DNA from: an uncultured Candidatus Bathyarchaeia archaeon | Lineage (GTDB): Archaea > Thermoproteota > Bathyarchaeia > Bathyarchaeales > DTEX01 | Direction of reading: 5' to 3' | Length of the DNA stretch: 64,000 bases | Assembly (NCBI GenBank): GCA_964508155.1 | Contig: CAZDRE010000001.1 | Location: forward strand, 69,174 to 133,173 | In this document: positions 9,157 through 18,524 of the stretch, piece by piece | Position numbering within the stretch: the stretch's first letter is position 1 | How the letters are laid out: every line of letters starts with the position of its first letter | Program-made: the position numbers and the translations under genes | The notes under the pieces: model-generated | What the model saw: the letters and a program-made list of their open reading frames with translations, nothing else | Databases searched by the model: none | What the model was told of the DNA's origin: nothing

Positions 9157-10097
9157 ACGGTTTCACCTCTATGCTGCCTCACTAATTTTAGAAAGACGTC
9201 CTCAAGCGATGGCAATAGCGTATTTAAACTGAGAATTCTCAATCCTCTTTTCTTGGCATAATCAACAGCGAACTCTATAACCGATGATGGATCCGCCGTG
9301 TAAATCTTAACCTTCCTTCCGGAGACCAATATCTTTGATATTTCGCATCCGCTCAAGAACTCTTCCGAGTCAACAGGCATATTGAAGGTTACCTCGACGC
9401 ATTGAAGCTCCATGCTTTGCGCTCTAAGCCCTTCAGGAGTATCTATCGCAGCGATCCTTCCATGATTTATTATTGCTATTCTATGACATAGCCTTTGAGC
9501 CTCATCCATATTATGCGTTGAGAGGAATATGGTCTTCCCGTTCGCATTCTCCTCGCGGATCCTATCCCATACGACCCTTCTGCTCTCAACATCCAACCCG
9601 CTTGTAGGTTCATCCAAGAATATTATCTCCGGATCGCCGATAAGCGCCATGCAAAGCAGAAGTCTCTGTTTCATCCCCCTCGAGAATCCCCTAACGATTC
9701 TATCCCGTACATCGTATAGTCCGAAATCCTTGAGTAGCCTTATAGCCCTCTCCACCCGCTCACTCTTAGGAACACCATACAATTCGCCTATGAACATCAG
9801 ATTCTCCCATGCTGAGAAATCGACGTAGGCATTAGAGACCTCGGGGACAACGCCTATATGCTCTCTGACACTTAATGGATCCTCCACAATATCGAAGCCA
9901 TTAACTATTGCTGAGCCTTCATCGGGCTTCAAAATGCCAATCAACATCCTTATCGTAGTCGTCTTTCCAGCACCATTTGGGCCTAAAAAACCGAAAACCT
10001 CGCCTCCTCTAACTTTGAAACCTATGTGATCAACGGCTAGAACATCGCCGTAGCGCTTCGTTAAGCCTCTCACATCTATCGCAACATCCATAACCAT
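9153..10097 (-). CDS. ABC transporter ATP-binding protein (DrrA/CcmA-like)
   Basis: 314 aa. Has Walker A GPNGAGKTTT, the signature SRGMKQR and Walker B IIFLDEPTSGLD. Confidence 0.9.
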   Translation of the reverse strand: MVMDVAIDVRGLTKRYGDVLAVDHIGFKVRGGEVFGFLGPNGAGKTTTIRMLIGILKPDEGSAIVNGFDIVEDPLSVREHIGVVPEVSNAYVDFSAWENLMFIGELYGVPKSERVERAIRLLKDFGLYDVRDRIVRGFSRGMKQRLLLCMALIGDPEIIFLDEPTSGLDVESRRVVWDRIREENANGKTIFLSTHNMDEAQRLCHRIAIINHGRIAAIDTPEGLRAQSMELQCVEVTFNMPVDSEEFLSGCEISKILVSGRKVKIYTADPSSVIEFAVDYAKKRGLRILSLNTLLPSLEDVFLKLVRQHRGETV

Positions 10098-10256
10098 CCA
10101 TAATTTGCAAACAAACTGAAAATATAAGCTTTTATGTGGAATGTATCATTCAGTTCTCTTCTTCTTAGCCTTTTGAAGCATTTAATGAAAAGCAAATTTA
10201 AATATTACTTTATTTTAATTGGATATGTTTAATAAATAATCACCTCGTGATTCAAG

Positions 10257-10832
10257 ATGAAGATAGACGATGTGGACAGAAAGATTATAACGGAGCTCCT
10301 AAAGGACGGAAGGTCATCGTATGTAGATTTGGGGAGGGCTATAGGCTATACGATAATGGGAGCTAAGCGGCGAGTTCAAAAGATGCTCTCCACGGGGTTG
10401 ATAAGGGTCTCGGCTGATATAAACGTCGATAAGCTCGGTCTCTATGCTGCTCTGATTCTACTTGAATTTGAAAGCCGCGAAGCGTTGAATCGGTGCCTAG
10501 AAAAATTTAAAGATTGCCCGAGAATCGTAAATATGTTTACGCTCTTTGCTGGCTATAACTTGGCCGCTTTAGTCATCGCTGAGGATAAGGATACCCTCGA
10601 GAGCGAATCGATGGAGAAGTGCAGCCTAAGATGCAGCGATGGAGTTAGGAGAACAGAATTCTACCCTATAGGAACGATCTTTTTCTCGCCGTATCTGAAG
10701 GTGCGTATGAATCTTGTAACTAAAGATAAGAAGATCACTCCATGCAGGGTTAAGTGTGATGCGTGCGAGAGATACAAGGCTGATAAATGCGTCGGATGCC
10801 CAGCTACAATATACTATAGAGGCCCTCTTTAG
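10257..10832 (+). CDS. Lrp/AsnC-family HTH protein with C-terminal Cys-rich extension
   Basis: 191 aa. The N-terminus DRKIITELLKDGRSSYVDLGRAIG is an HTH, followed by a RAM-like middle domain. The tail is CRVKCDACERYKADKCVGCP, with five Cys in 20 aa. Confidence 0.75.
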   Translation: MKIDDVDRKIITELLKDGRSSYVDLGRAIGYTIMGAKRRVQKMLSTGLIRVSADINVDKLGLYAALILLEFESREALNRCLEKFKDCPRIVNMFTLFAGYNLAALVIAEDKDTLESESMEKCSLRCSDGVRRTEFYPIGTIFFSPYLKVRMNLVTKDKKITPCRVKCDACERYKADKCVGCPATIYYRGPL

Positions 10833-11032
10833 ATAAAATTATGAAATCGCAAATCTAGCTATTTTTGGAGAAACTAATTCATCGGATATCATTGATTAAA
10901 TCTTAAACAAAAAGTTAATAAATACTGCCAAAAATTGGAGTAGAGGGGGTAAACGATTACGGAGGATTCAGACTCCGCTTCTGTTAAAACTTTCCTTTCA
11001 ATACTTGATAATCCCCTACTTCGCTTTATAAT

Positions 11033-11065
11033 CCGCTTCTCAGGAGATCACTACTTAAGAAGCGG
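11033..11065. promoter_or_regulatory. Inverted repeat just upstream of the radical SAM start
   Basis: ccgcttct (11033-11040) pairs with agaagcgg (11058-11065), an 8-bp stem with a 17-nt spacer. It ends 10 nt before TTG 11076. Confidence 0.25.
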
Positions 11066-11075
11066 AGAGAGCTAC

Positions 11076-12476
11076 TTGGAAGCCGCAATTAATGATTTTA
11101 TCGGCGAGAAGAGTGGAGATCGCTCCGTTGGCAGAATAATATTTTCGGGCCTCATCAAGAATGCAATTAGGATTGGATGTATAACATTTGATATCGATGA
11201 GGAAGAAGTCGTAAGCGCCCTTAAAGTTCCATATTTTAGGAAGGGTATAATCAACGTGCTGAACGGCATAGGGAGATATGGCGTAACAAGGCCCTATATA
11301 ACCCCAGCACCGTTTCTTGTAGTCTGGAACTATACTAATGCATGCAACCTAAAATGTAAACATTGTTATCAACGCGCTGACAAGCCGACTCCAGACGAGT
11401 TGACAACCGAGGAAAGACTCGCAATCGTGGATCAACTCGATGAGAATAATGTCTCAGCACTGGCCTTCTCCGGCGGGGAGCCATTGATGCGCAGGGACTT
11501 CTATGAAGTTGCAAAATACGCCTATGAAAAAGGAATGTATATTTCAGTCGCAACGAATGGAACGTTACTGACGAAGAAAACAATCGCGAGAATGAAGAGA
11601 TCCGGAGTTAAATATGTTGAGGTAAGTCTTGACGGAGCGACGAAGGAGACCCATGAGTCCTTCAGGGGCGTTGAAGGATGCTTCGAGAAAACCCTGCAAG
11701 GCATTAAGAATGCTGTAGAGGCTGATTTATACACGTGTATAGCCACAACTGCCACGAAGCATAATCTAAAGGAGATTCCGAGAATAATCGATCTGGCTAA
11801 GAGACTAGGCGTGAGGAGAATAATAATATTCAATTTTATACCAACAGGGAAGGGAGAGGAGATAGCCCATTTGGACCTCGCCCCCACTGAGAGGGAGAAT
11901 CTGATGAAGTATCTCTATAGAGAGCTGGTTAGCGGAGGTATAGAGGCCCTCTGCACGGCTCCCCAATTCTCGAGAGTATGCCTACAACAGTCACGGATCG
12001 AAGGGGAAGATATGCTCTCGCCAACACACTTTGCAGCACTGGAATTCCATGGGAAAGCGAAGCAACTGGCCGATTTCTTGGGAGGATGCGGAGCTGGAAG
12101 ACTCTATTGTGCGATACAGCCGAACGGCCTAGTCACCCCATGCGTCTTCATGCCCATCGTAGTAGGAGACCTTAGAAGGCAGAGTTTAAGGGAGATCTGG
12201 TTAAACTCTAAGGTTCTAAATGACCTTAGGGATCGCGACAGACTTAAAGGGAGATGCGGCCGCTGCGAATACAGGAATGTCTGCGGTGGATGCAGGGCTA
12301 GAGCCTACGCATACTTTGGGGATTATCTCGCGCCTGATCCGGGCTGTATAAGGGAGCTCGAGGAGCCAAGCACGGAGTTTGAATCGAAGTTCAACATAGA
12401 ATACATTAATCAAATATCTATACCAACTAGATCTAGAAGCGTAAGCATAAGATCTGGTATAAAAACAAGAATGTGA
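11076..12476 (+). CDS. Radical SAM/SPASM-domain enzyme (NirJ/AhbC-AhbD or cofactor-maturase-like)
   Basis: 466 aa. Has CNLKCKHCYQ, SGGEPLMRRD and a C-terminal SPASM-like stretch GCGAGRLYCAIQPNGLVTPCVF...CGRCEYRNVCGGCRARAY. The start is TTG, and the frame stays open a further 123 nt upstream. Confidence 0.85.
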   Translation: MEAAINDFIGEKSGDRSVGRIIFSGLIKNAIRIGCITFDIDEEEVVSALKVPYFRKGIINVLNGIGRYGVTRPYITPAPFLVVWNYTNACNLKCKHCYQRADKPTPDELTTEERLAIVDQLDENNVSALAFSGGEPLMRRDFYEVAKYAYEKGMYISVATNGTLLTKKTIARMKRSGVKYVEVSLDGATKETHESFRGVEGCFEKTLQGIKNAVEADLYTCIATTATKHNLKEIPRIIDLAKRLGVRRIIIFNFIPTGKGEEIAHLDLAPTERENLMKYLYRELVSGGIEALCTAPQFSRVCLQQSRIEGEDMLSPTHFAALEFHGKAKQLADFLGGCGAGRLYCAIQPNGLVTPCVFMPIVVGDLRRQSLREIWLNSKVLNDLRDRDRLKGRCGRCEYRNVCGGCRARAYAYFGDYLAPDPGCIRELEEPSTEFESKFNIEYINQISIPTRSRSVSIRSGIKTRM

Positions 12477-12533
12477 AGCTCTTTAATTCGAACTTCATGA
12501 AACTTTTGTATGAGCCGATCTAACTATAAAGTT

Positions 12534-13697
12534 TTAGGCTCCGAGAAATCCGTCTGGAGCTAGGCTTGTCGCCAGCATCACCATATTAATATCTTCATGC
12601 TCCTTCCAATTGCGGCTTTCTCTACTCGCTGGTTTAAGCCAGAACCCGTCAATCTGATCGCTCAGCCACTTATAATATGTAAGGCTTTTAACTGTTGAGC
12701 ATATCTCCTTATTCTTTGAGAATCTCGGCTCACGCATGACTAATCTCTGCAATTTAATGGCGGCCTTAAGCCCTATAGATAAGCCAAGCTCCCTAAATGC
12801 TAATCTCGTACTAGGCGGAGAACTCATTGGATCGGTTGATAAATAAAGTTCTAGGCTGAGAAGCGAAGAATCTAATATGTCCATTAGTAGATCAAGATGG
12901 TTTAAATGGCCGCTCTCGATTAATCTGGCAAGTATATAGGCATTCCAAAGTAGACATCCGATACCAAGCGGGTCGCTTGTTGTCCAGTCCATATCATCGC
13001 AGATCTCGAGTAATTCTTCAATCTCATCCCTTAGGCTCGGCCATCTTGGATCTTTCGGGGCGTACGCCTGAATCTCATTATACATGACGAAGCCGTCAAG
13101 CGGATCGTGCTGGCCCATAGAGGTTACGAGTGGACGTGAAAGATCGATGCTCATCTTCCAGTACATTCGTTTTTTGCCGTTCGGAGCCTCGTAGATGAAG
13201 GATGAATGAGCCTTCTTAGCGAGTTCAACAGCCCATAAATTATAGGTCATGTTGCCAGTTACCTGACTAACCCTATTGAGTGCATGCATCCACTTAGTTA
13301 AATAATGGTAATATTGCCCGTCCCTCTCCCACTCTAAAGCCTCGATGAACGGCTCCTCAGGTCCCCTCTCCGGCAGCCTCTTACCTATCCTCAAGCCTCC
13401 CGTCGTAGGGTGCCTCTTTCCCTCCTCCTCATCTAAGCCGCTTATCCAGCCGCTTCTAGGATCATCCTCTCGATGCCGACCCAGCACATAATGGACCTGA
13501 TCAACCAATCTCAGCGCTAAACGCTTGAATCTCTCATCGCCAGTAATGGTGAACAATCCGAGGAAATTGCATACTGCAAACGCATCAGTCCATAGGTATC
13601 TTCTAGGCTTTAGATCCGAAGAAAGCCCAGTCTTATAGGCGAATTTAACCATTAAATCCTCGGCGAAGCTTACAAATTCAAGTTTCATCCTAACCAT
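12534..13697 (-). CDS. Conserved hypothetical protein, helical repeat (alpha/alpha-toroid-like?)
   Basis: 387-aa ORF with protein-like composition (WTDAFAVCNFLGL..., DGQYYHYLTKWMHAL). I cannot assign a family. Confidence 0.55.
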   Translation of the reverse strand: MVRMKLEFVSFAEDLMVKFAYKTGLSSDLKPRRYLWTDAFAVCNFLGLFTITGDERFKRLALRLVDQVHYVLGRHREDDPRSGWISGLDEEEGKRHPTTGGLRIGKRLPERGPEEPFIEALEWERDGQYYHYLTKWMHALNRVSQVTGNMTYNLWAVELAKKAHSSFIYEAPNGKKRMYWKMSIDLSRPLVTSMGQHDPLDGFVMYNEIQAYAPKDPRWPSLRDEIEELLEICDDMDWTTSDPLGIGCLLWNAYILARLIESGHLNHLDLLMDILDSSLLSLELYLSTDPMSSPPSTRLAFRELGLSIGLKAAIKLQRLVMREPRFSKNKEICSTVKSLTYYKWLSDQIDGFWLKPASRESRNWKEHEDINMVMLATSLAPDGFLGA

Positions 13698-13976
13698 TAA
13701 GATCCAAAAAGGACCACTAAAACCTTAGCTTTAATTAATATCACACATGGCGTACCACTATCATCACAAATCAATTAGCCCTCACAGAGTTTTAAATTCT
13801 TTGGAGCCCTAGAGCGAATGCATGTTATCGTTTAAATTTCTTGGAAAAAGTAAACATTAAGGAGCTTTTATCAACTTTCGGATGAGATTAATCAAAAGTC
13901 TTCATTTATGTTCTCGTCAAGTCTCTAAAAGCCTGATTATATACAGGGCGTCTTTAGGGCTTCAGACCCGATTGAA

Positions 13977-14068
13977 TGGAGCCCCGGGCGGGATTTGAAC
14001 CCGCGACCTACGGCTCTCCATCCGCGTTGGATACAAGGCCGTTGCTCTAACCACTGAGCTACCGGGGC
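13977..14068 (-). tRNA. tRNA-Thr(UGU) with 16-nt intron at canonical 37/38 position; CCA encoded
   Basis: The reverse strand reads GCCCCGG TA GCTC AGTGGTTA GAGC A ACGGC CTTGTA[TCCAACGCGGATGGAG]A GCCGT AGGTC GCGGG TTCAAAT CCCGC CCGGGGC T CCA. This gives a full cloverleaf. Confidence 0.85.
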
Positions 14069-14170
14069 ATCGATATTATTGGTTCAATTGGGGAGACTTA
14101 TTAGTTTTGCCTAATATGCACTAAAGATATATTACTGAGGCGGCATAAAAGATTCTACATTATTTAATTT

Positions 14171-15361
14171 GTGTGGGGAGAGGGTTTGAGGGGTAAGCCC
14201 TTAGTAGCGGTTGTCTCGGCTGGACTCTCAAAGTTTGGTAGAATGGACGCTTATACCGGAAGGGATCTCTTCATCGAGGCTGTAGATGAGGCCTTCCGTA
14301 GATGTCCAAACCTAGATCCAAAGAGGGATATTGACGCTGTATTTGTTGGGATGATGAGTGAGGCATTTGAGCATCAGGGACATGTGGCTCCGATGCTCTC
14401 TCACTCGACCGGTCTCCTCCCGGCCCCCGCGATTAGGACTGAGGTTGCATGCGCATCTTCAGCCGCTGCCCTGAGACTGGGGATATTCAGCATCCTCTCT
14501 GGCACGTATGATGTCGTGTTGGTCGGGGGAGTTGAGAAGATGACTAAGAGGACAACTCCGGAGGCAACCGAGTTCCTTGGTATGGCGGCTGACTTCCCAT
14601 TTGAGCAGTGGACAGGCGTGACTTTCCCCGGATTATACGCTCTAATGGCCGTGGCGCACATGCATAAGTATGGGACAAGCGAGGAGCAGATGGGGCTGGT
14701 TGCAGTTAAGAATCATCATAATGGAGCGTTGAATCCGAAGGCTCATCTTCAGAGGGAAGTCACTTTAGATAAGGTCTTAAGTTCCAGGATGATCGCTTAT
14801 CCGCTGAAGCTATATGACTGCTCATTAATCTCGGATGGGGCGAGCTGCGCCATCATAACGAGGCCTGATATCGCCAAGAAGTTCACTGAGACGCCAGTTT
14901 ACATAATCGGTTCGGGACATGGAAGCGACGCGCTTGGATTATTTGAGAGGGATGATCTGACGAGTCTAATGGCGACGAGGAGGGCTGCTAAGGAGGCGTA
15001 TGAAATGGCCGGGTTAGAGCCTAAAGACATTGACGTCGCCGAGGTTCATGACTGCTTCACAATCGCGGAGATCATGGCCTACGAGGACCTTGGATTCTGC
15101 AAGCCAGGTGAGGGTGGAAGATTCATTGAGGATGGAACTCCAATGCTTAACGGTGAACTTCCAGTCAATACAAGCGGGGGACTGAAGGCTAAGGGTCACC
15201 CTGTCGGAGCGACTGGAATCGCGCAGATATACGAGATATATCTGCAGTTGACGGGACAGGCCGACAAGAGGCAGATTGATGGATGCAGGATCGGTTTGAC
15301 GCATAATGTGGGCGGGAGCGGAGCTTCATGCTTCGTTCATATACTTAGGGGGGAGATGTAG
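14171..15361 (+). CDS. Thiolase (acetyl-CoA C-acetyltransferase, archaeal SCP-x-like type)
   Basis: 396 aa. Contains VACASSAAALR (active-site Cys), a GSGHG region and NVGGSGASCFVH. The start may instead be the in-frame TTG at 14186 (MRGKPLVAVV). Confidence 0.85.
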   Translation: MWGEGLRGKPLVAVVSAGLSKFGRMDAYTGRDLFIEAVDEAFRRCPNLDPKRDIDAVFVGMMSEAFEHQGHVAPMLSHSTGLLPAPAIRTEVACASSAAALRLGIFSILSGTYDVVLVGGVEKMTKRTTPEATEFLGMAADFPFEQWTGVTFPGLYALMAVAHMHKYGTSEEQMGLVAVKNHHNGALNPKAHLQREVTLDKVLSSRMIAYPLKLYDCSLISDGASCAIITRPDIAKKFTETPVYIIGSGHGSDALGLFERDDLTSLMATRRAAKEAYEMAGLEPKDIDVAEVHDCFTIAEIMAYEDLGFCKPGEGGRFIEDGTPMLNGELPVNTSGGLKAKGHPVGATGIAQIYEIYLQLTGQADKRQIDGCRIGLTHNVGGSGASCFVHILRGEM

Positions 15362-15762
15362 TGGCTGAGGCTCAGCCATTCACGATCGAGCAATGGTATA
15401 GTTTTCTATCCGAGGGAAGGCTGATGGCTGTTCGATGCAGGAACTGCGGAGCAAAGTATATGCCTCCAAAACCAGTCTGCACGAACTGTTACTCGAGAAA
15501 ACTCGAGTGGATAAGTCTAAAGCCGATTGGAAGATTGGTTACGTATACAATCATTCATGTTGCTCCGGAGAGATTTCAGCAATTCGTCCCATACGCATAC
15601 GGTATAGTTGAGTTTGAGGATGGACTTCGCCTTCCAGGGATGATAAGAGATGTCGATCACGGGGAGATCCATATTGGAATGGAGCTAGAATTGTCCTTTG
15701 AGCCTGCAGTTGAGGATTGGCCTAGATGGCCAAGATACTATTTTAGGCCTGTGAAGCATTAA
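15361..15762 (+). CDS. DUF35 OB-fold/zinc-ribbon protein (thiolase partner)
   Basis: 133 aa. Has a zinc ribbon CRNCGAKYMPPKPVCTNC. Overlaps the thiolase stop by 1 nt (TAGTG). Confidence 0.8.
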   Translation: MAEAQPFTIEQWYSFLSEGRLMAVRCRNCGAKYMPPKPVCTNCYSRKLEWISLKPIGRLVTYTIIHVAPERFQQFVPYAYGIVEFEDGLRLPGMIRDVDHGEIHIGMELELSFEPAVEDWPRWPRYYFRPVKH

Positions 15763-15765
15763 GCC

Positions 15766-16077
15766 TTAAAGGTCTTCCCTCTCAAACCTTATTATGTAGA
15801 CTTTGGTTTCAGGAGTTATTCTTCCATATATCTTCTTTAATGCCCTCAAAAGTTCCTTCTTGTTTTTGAAGCCGTCCCTTCTCGCATCTTTATTGCTTAT
15901 CTCCGAGATCCTCTTTCGCACTATGCTCTTTATCCTCGCGTATCCGCAGCTCTCCCCTCCAACAACTATCTCTACTAGATCTTTAGGCTTCAAGTTGGTA
16001 TTCATCCTTATAGTCGTTAATTTTCGTCCGCTCAGCAATCTCTCCTTGTATTCCTTCTTAAAATTAAGCTGCTTCAT
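15766..16077 (-). CDS. ASCH domain protein (YqfB-like, PUA-like fold)
   Basis: 103 aa. The pattern FKKEYKERLLSGRKLTTIR...DARRDGFKNKKELLRALKKIY...VYIIRFE parallels the ASCH/YqfB architecture. The ATG lies 14 nt inside the 3' end of tmcA. Confidence 0.7.
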   Translation of the reverse strand: MKQLNFKKEYKERLLSGRKLTTIRMNTNLKPKDLVEIVVGGESCGYARIKSIVRKRISEISNKDARRDGFKNKKELLRALKKIYGRITPETKVYIIRFEREDL

Positions 16078-18406
16078 AATGGGCTACCAGCCTTCCAACA
16101 TTAACTCTTAAATCGCTCTTTACCTCAGATGGATGAGCCTTAACGATCTCAGCTGTCTTATCCCAAGATCTGCATTGTAAACATCTACAAATGAGTTCGA
16201 CTTCAGATTTAAGTTCCAATCTCAGCCTATGCCTTCCTGAGCTCAGAAAGTGCGTGAATAAGATTCGTTTGACAGCGTCACATGCACCCTCATAGGTTAA
16301 GCTTCCCTGCACATACTCCTTAAGCCTATCCCTCTGAGATTGAGTTAGTCCCGACTGCCCCAGAAAGTCTACTCCTTGAACATTTAGGAGACTTGCGGCT
16401 ACGTAGGGATCCAAGTTATAATATACGTCTGAGAGGGCCTCCAGGAATCTCACCTTGAAATCCCTATATATCTCCCAGATTATCCTCTCTGTCTTCTCAT
16501 TCAGTGGCTTAACGAGTATCACACTGAACTCTCCTGAGACCATATTTCTCATTGGACTTATATGAACTGGCACAAATCCATTCTTCAGCCAAAAGTTCAG
16601 TAGGGGCTTGTCCGCTCCAAACCCGGCTCCTATCCAGTCGAAACCCTCATTTTTAGCCTCCTCGCATAGATTCTTCAGGGCGAAGCTGCCTATTCCCCGC
16701 CTCATAAAATTCGGATGAACCGCTATCCTCACGATCCTTAATCCCGAAAGCTTCATGAAGCCCTTGTATGGCGGATAATACTTGACTATGCATGATGGGA
16801 TCATATTTCCGGAGGGAGGGTTACCCGTCAATATTAGATTTGCAAATTCATCAGGCATCCTCCCCTCCTCTGCTAGGTGCAATGCAGCTATTATCTTGCC
16901 AGTCCTTGTCTTCACGATGCGCGCTGAATGATGCGGCGCATCTCCTAATATGAGAAGGTCATCTGGTCTATTCCTATAATGCGCAAGCACGTATATCCCA
17001 ATGAACTCCCGTAATTTCTCCTCCTCTCCCCCAAACCATAAGTCCAGATCAACCTTCTCATAGGTGAGATCCTCCATTTTAACTTCTTCCTCATCGACCT
17101 CCGCAGGTTCAGCGTCGAGAAGGAGAGCCTTATAGAGCCATTCCTCAACTGGATCTCCAAGCGCATACCTTATAGGCTCCCTCAATTCGATACGATGCAG
17201 ATTGATCCCCTTATTCTCCTCAAGGGCCTTTAGGAATCTAAGGGAGAATCCTCTGCCGGCTCCTTCATAGCCATGTATCGTTGAGGCGAAGATAACCTTG
17301 CGGAATCTCTGGATGAACTTGAAGAGTAATGGGACGGGTATGCTTGCTGCCTCATCAACCATCAATACATCGGCTTTCTCTCCAAGCGCCCTATGAGGAT
17401 GCTCAAACTCTAAGACTCCGAACTTACACTTTATTCTAGACGTCCACTTTTCGCTGAATTCCCTTGAAACCTTCTCATCCATCTCCTTTAGGCTTTTCTC
17501 AGCCATCTCGAAGATCACTTGAGTCTCCTCCCTATTTGGAGCCGTAACCAGAATTCTTTTCGCCCCAAGATATAGCAGGGTTGCTGCTCCAAGCCCTAAT
17601 AGGGCAGATTTTCCCCTACCACGATTCGAGATTATCACCAGAACGCTTCTTCCCCTCTCATGGGCAACCTCCTCCAATTTTTGAAGGGCATCACACTGCT
17701 CTTGAGTGAGGGCTAGTTTATGGATCCTCCTTGGAACTCTACTCTGCCTCGGGATCTGTGGTTTCTTCCTGACGCTCTTCGGCGGATTCAGTAATTCACC
17801 CTTAATGATCCGCCATCCGTCGAGGATCCAAACTCCCCTCGTTTCGAGGAGTCTCCGAATAAAGTATCTTTCGAATCTTACGTTGATATCTTCAGGGCCG
17901 TATGGCGGAACAGTGAGCTTCTTATGGATACTAGTCTCCCAGTGCTTATCAACATTCAAACTGAGATTATATAGTATTATTAGGCCTCCTCCCTTAACGG
18001 TCTCTACTAGTCTGCCTATATCATTCGGTCTTGCTCCACGGCTCATATCTAGGATGAGAAGGTCGTTTGTCGTTCCAAGCAGACGATCACTCTCCGCATA
18101 AACGTACGATTTTAAGTTTAGATTCTTATGTGATAATCCTAACTCCTCAATCTTTTCGGTTAGGGACTTAAAGTTCGAGCTACAATTCTCATAGGTAACG
18201 TAGACCACGCTCGTCTCATTTCTGCCGCTGAGTTCACAATATGCCTGAATTAGGAACGCAACGACATCCTCTGATCCACCATTAACAGTAACAACTAGCC
18301 TTCTATGGGAGGCCCTTTTGGCCTCCTTAATCATCTCCATCAGGAGACGCATAGTTCTGATCTTCTCGTCCTGAACTGTCTTTTCCATCATCTTCTCCGA
18401 AGCCAA
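16064..18406 (-). CDS. tmcA: tRNA/RNA cytidine N4-acetyltransferase TmcA (archaeal Nat10 homolog)
   Basis: 780 aa. Has a helicase-type P-loop NRGRGKSALLG, ASTIHGYEGAGRGFSLRF, and a GNAT motif RIVRIAVHPNFMRRGIGS. Confidence 0.9.
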   Translation of the reverse strand: MASEKMMEKTVQDEKIRTMRLLMEMIKEAKRASHRRLVVTVNGGSEDVVAFLIQAYCELSGRNETSVVYVTYENCSSNFKSLTEKIEELGLSHKNLNLKSYVYAESDRLLGTTNDLLILDMSRGARPNDIGRLVETVKGGGLIILYNLSLNVDKHWETSIHKKLTVPPYGPEDINVRFERYFIRRLLETRGVWILDGWRIIKGELLNPPKSVRKKPQIPRQSRVPRRIHKLALTQEQCDALQKLEEVAHERGRSVLVIISNRGRGKSALLGLGAATLLYLGAKRILVTAPNREETQVIFEMAEKSLKEMDEKVSREFSEKWTSRIKCKFGVLEFEHPHRALGEKADVLMVDEAASIPVPLLFKFIQRFRKVIFASTIHGYEGAGRGFSLRFLKALEENKGINLHRIELREPIRYALGDPVEEWLYKALLLDAEPAEVDEEEVKMEDLTYEKVDLDLWFGGEEEKLREFIGIYVLAHYRNRPDDLLILGDAPHHSARIVKTRTGKIIAALHLAEEGRMPDEFANLILTGNPPSGNMIPSCIVKYYPPYKGFMKLSGLRIVRIAVHPNFMRRGIGSFALKNLCEEAKNEGFDWIGAGFGADKPLLNFWLKNGFVPVHISPMRNMVSGEFSVILVKPLNEKTERIIWEIYRDFKVRFLEALSDVYYNLDPYVAASLLNVQGVDFLGQSGLTQSQRDRLKEYVQGSLTYEGACDAVKRILFTHFLSSGRHRLRLELKSEVELICRCLQCRSWDKTAEIVKAHPSEVKSDLRVNVGRLVAHYEAA

Positions 18407-18524
18407 GGCTGTAAATGAAGAATCTTCAGCCCTTTTGGGCAGCTAGATAGATGATGATAGTGGTTCAATTTAAATTTATATGCCTTATATCTGAAGATTT
18501 TTCTTCAAGAACCCCATACTTAAA

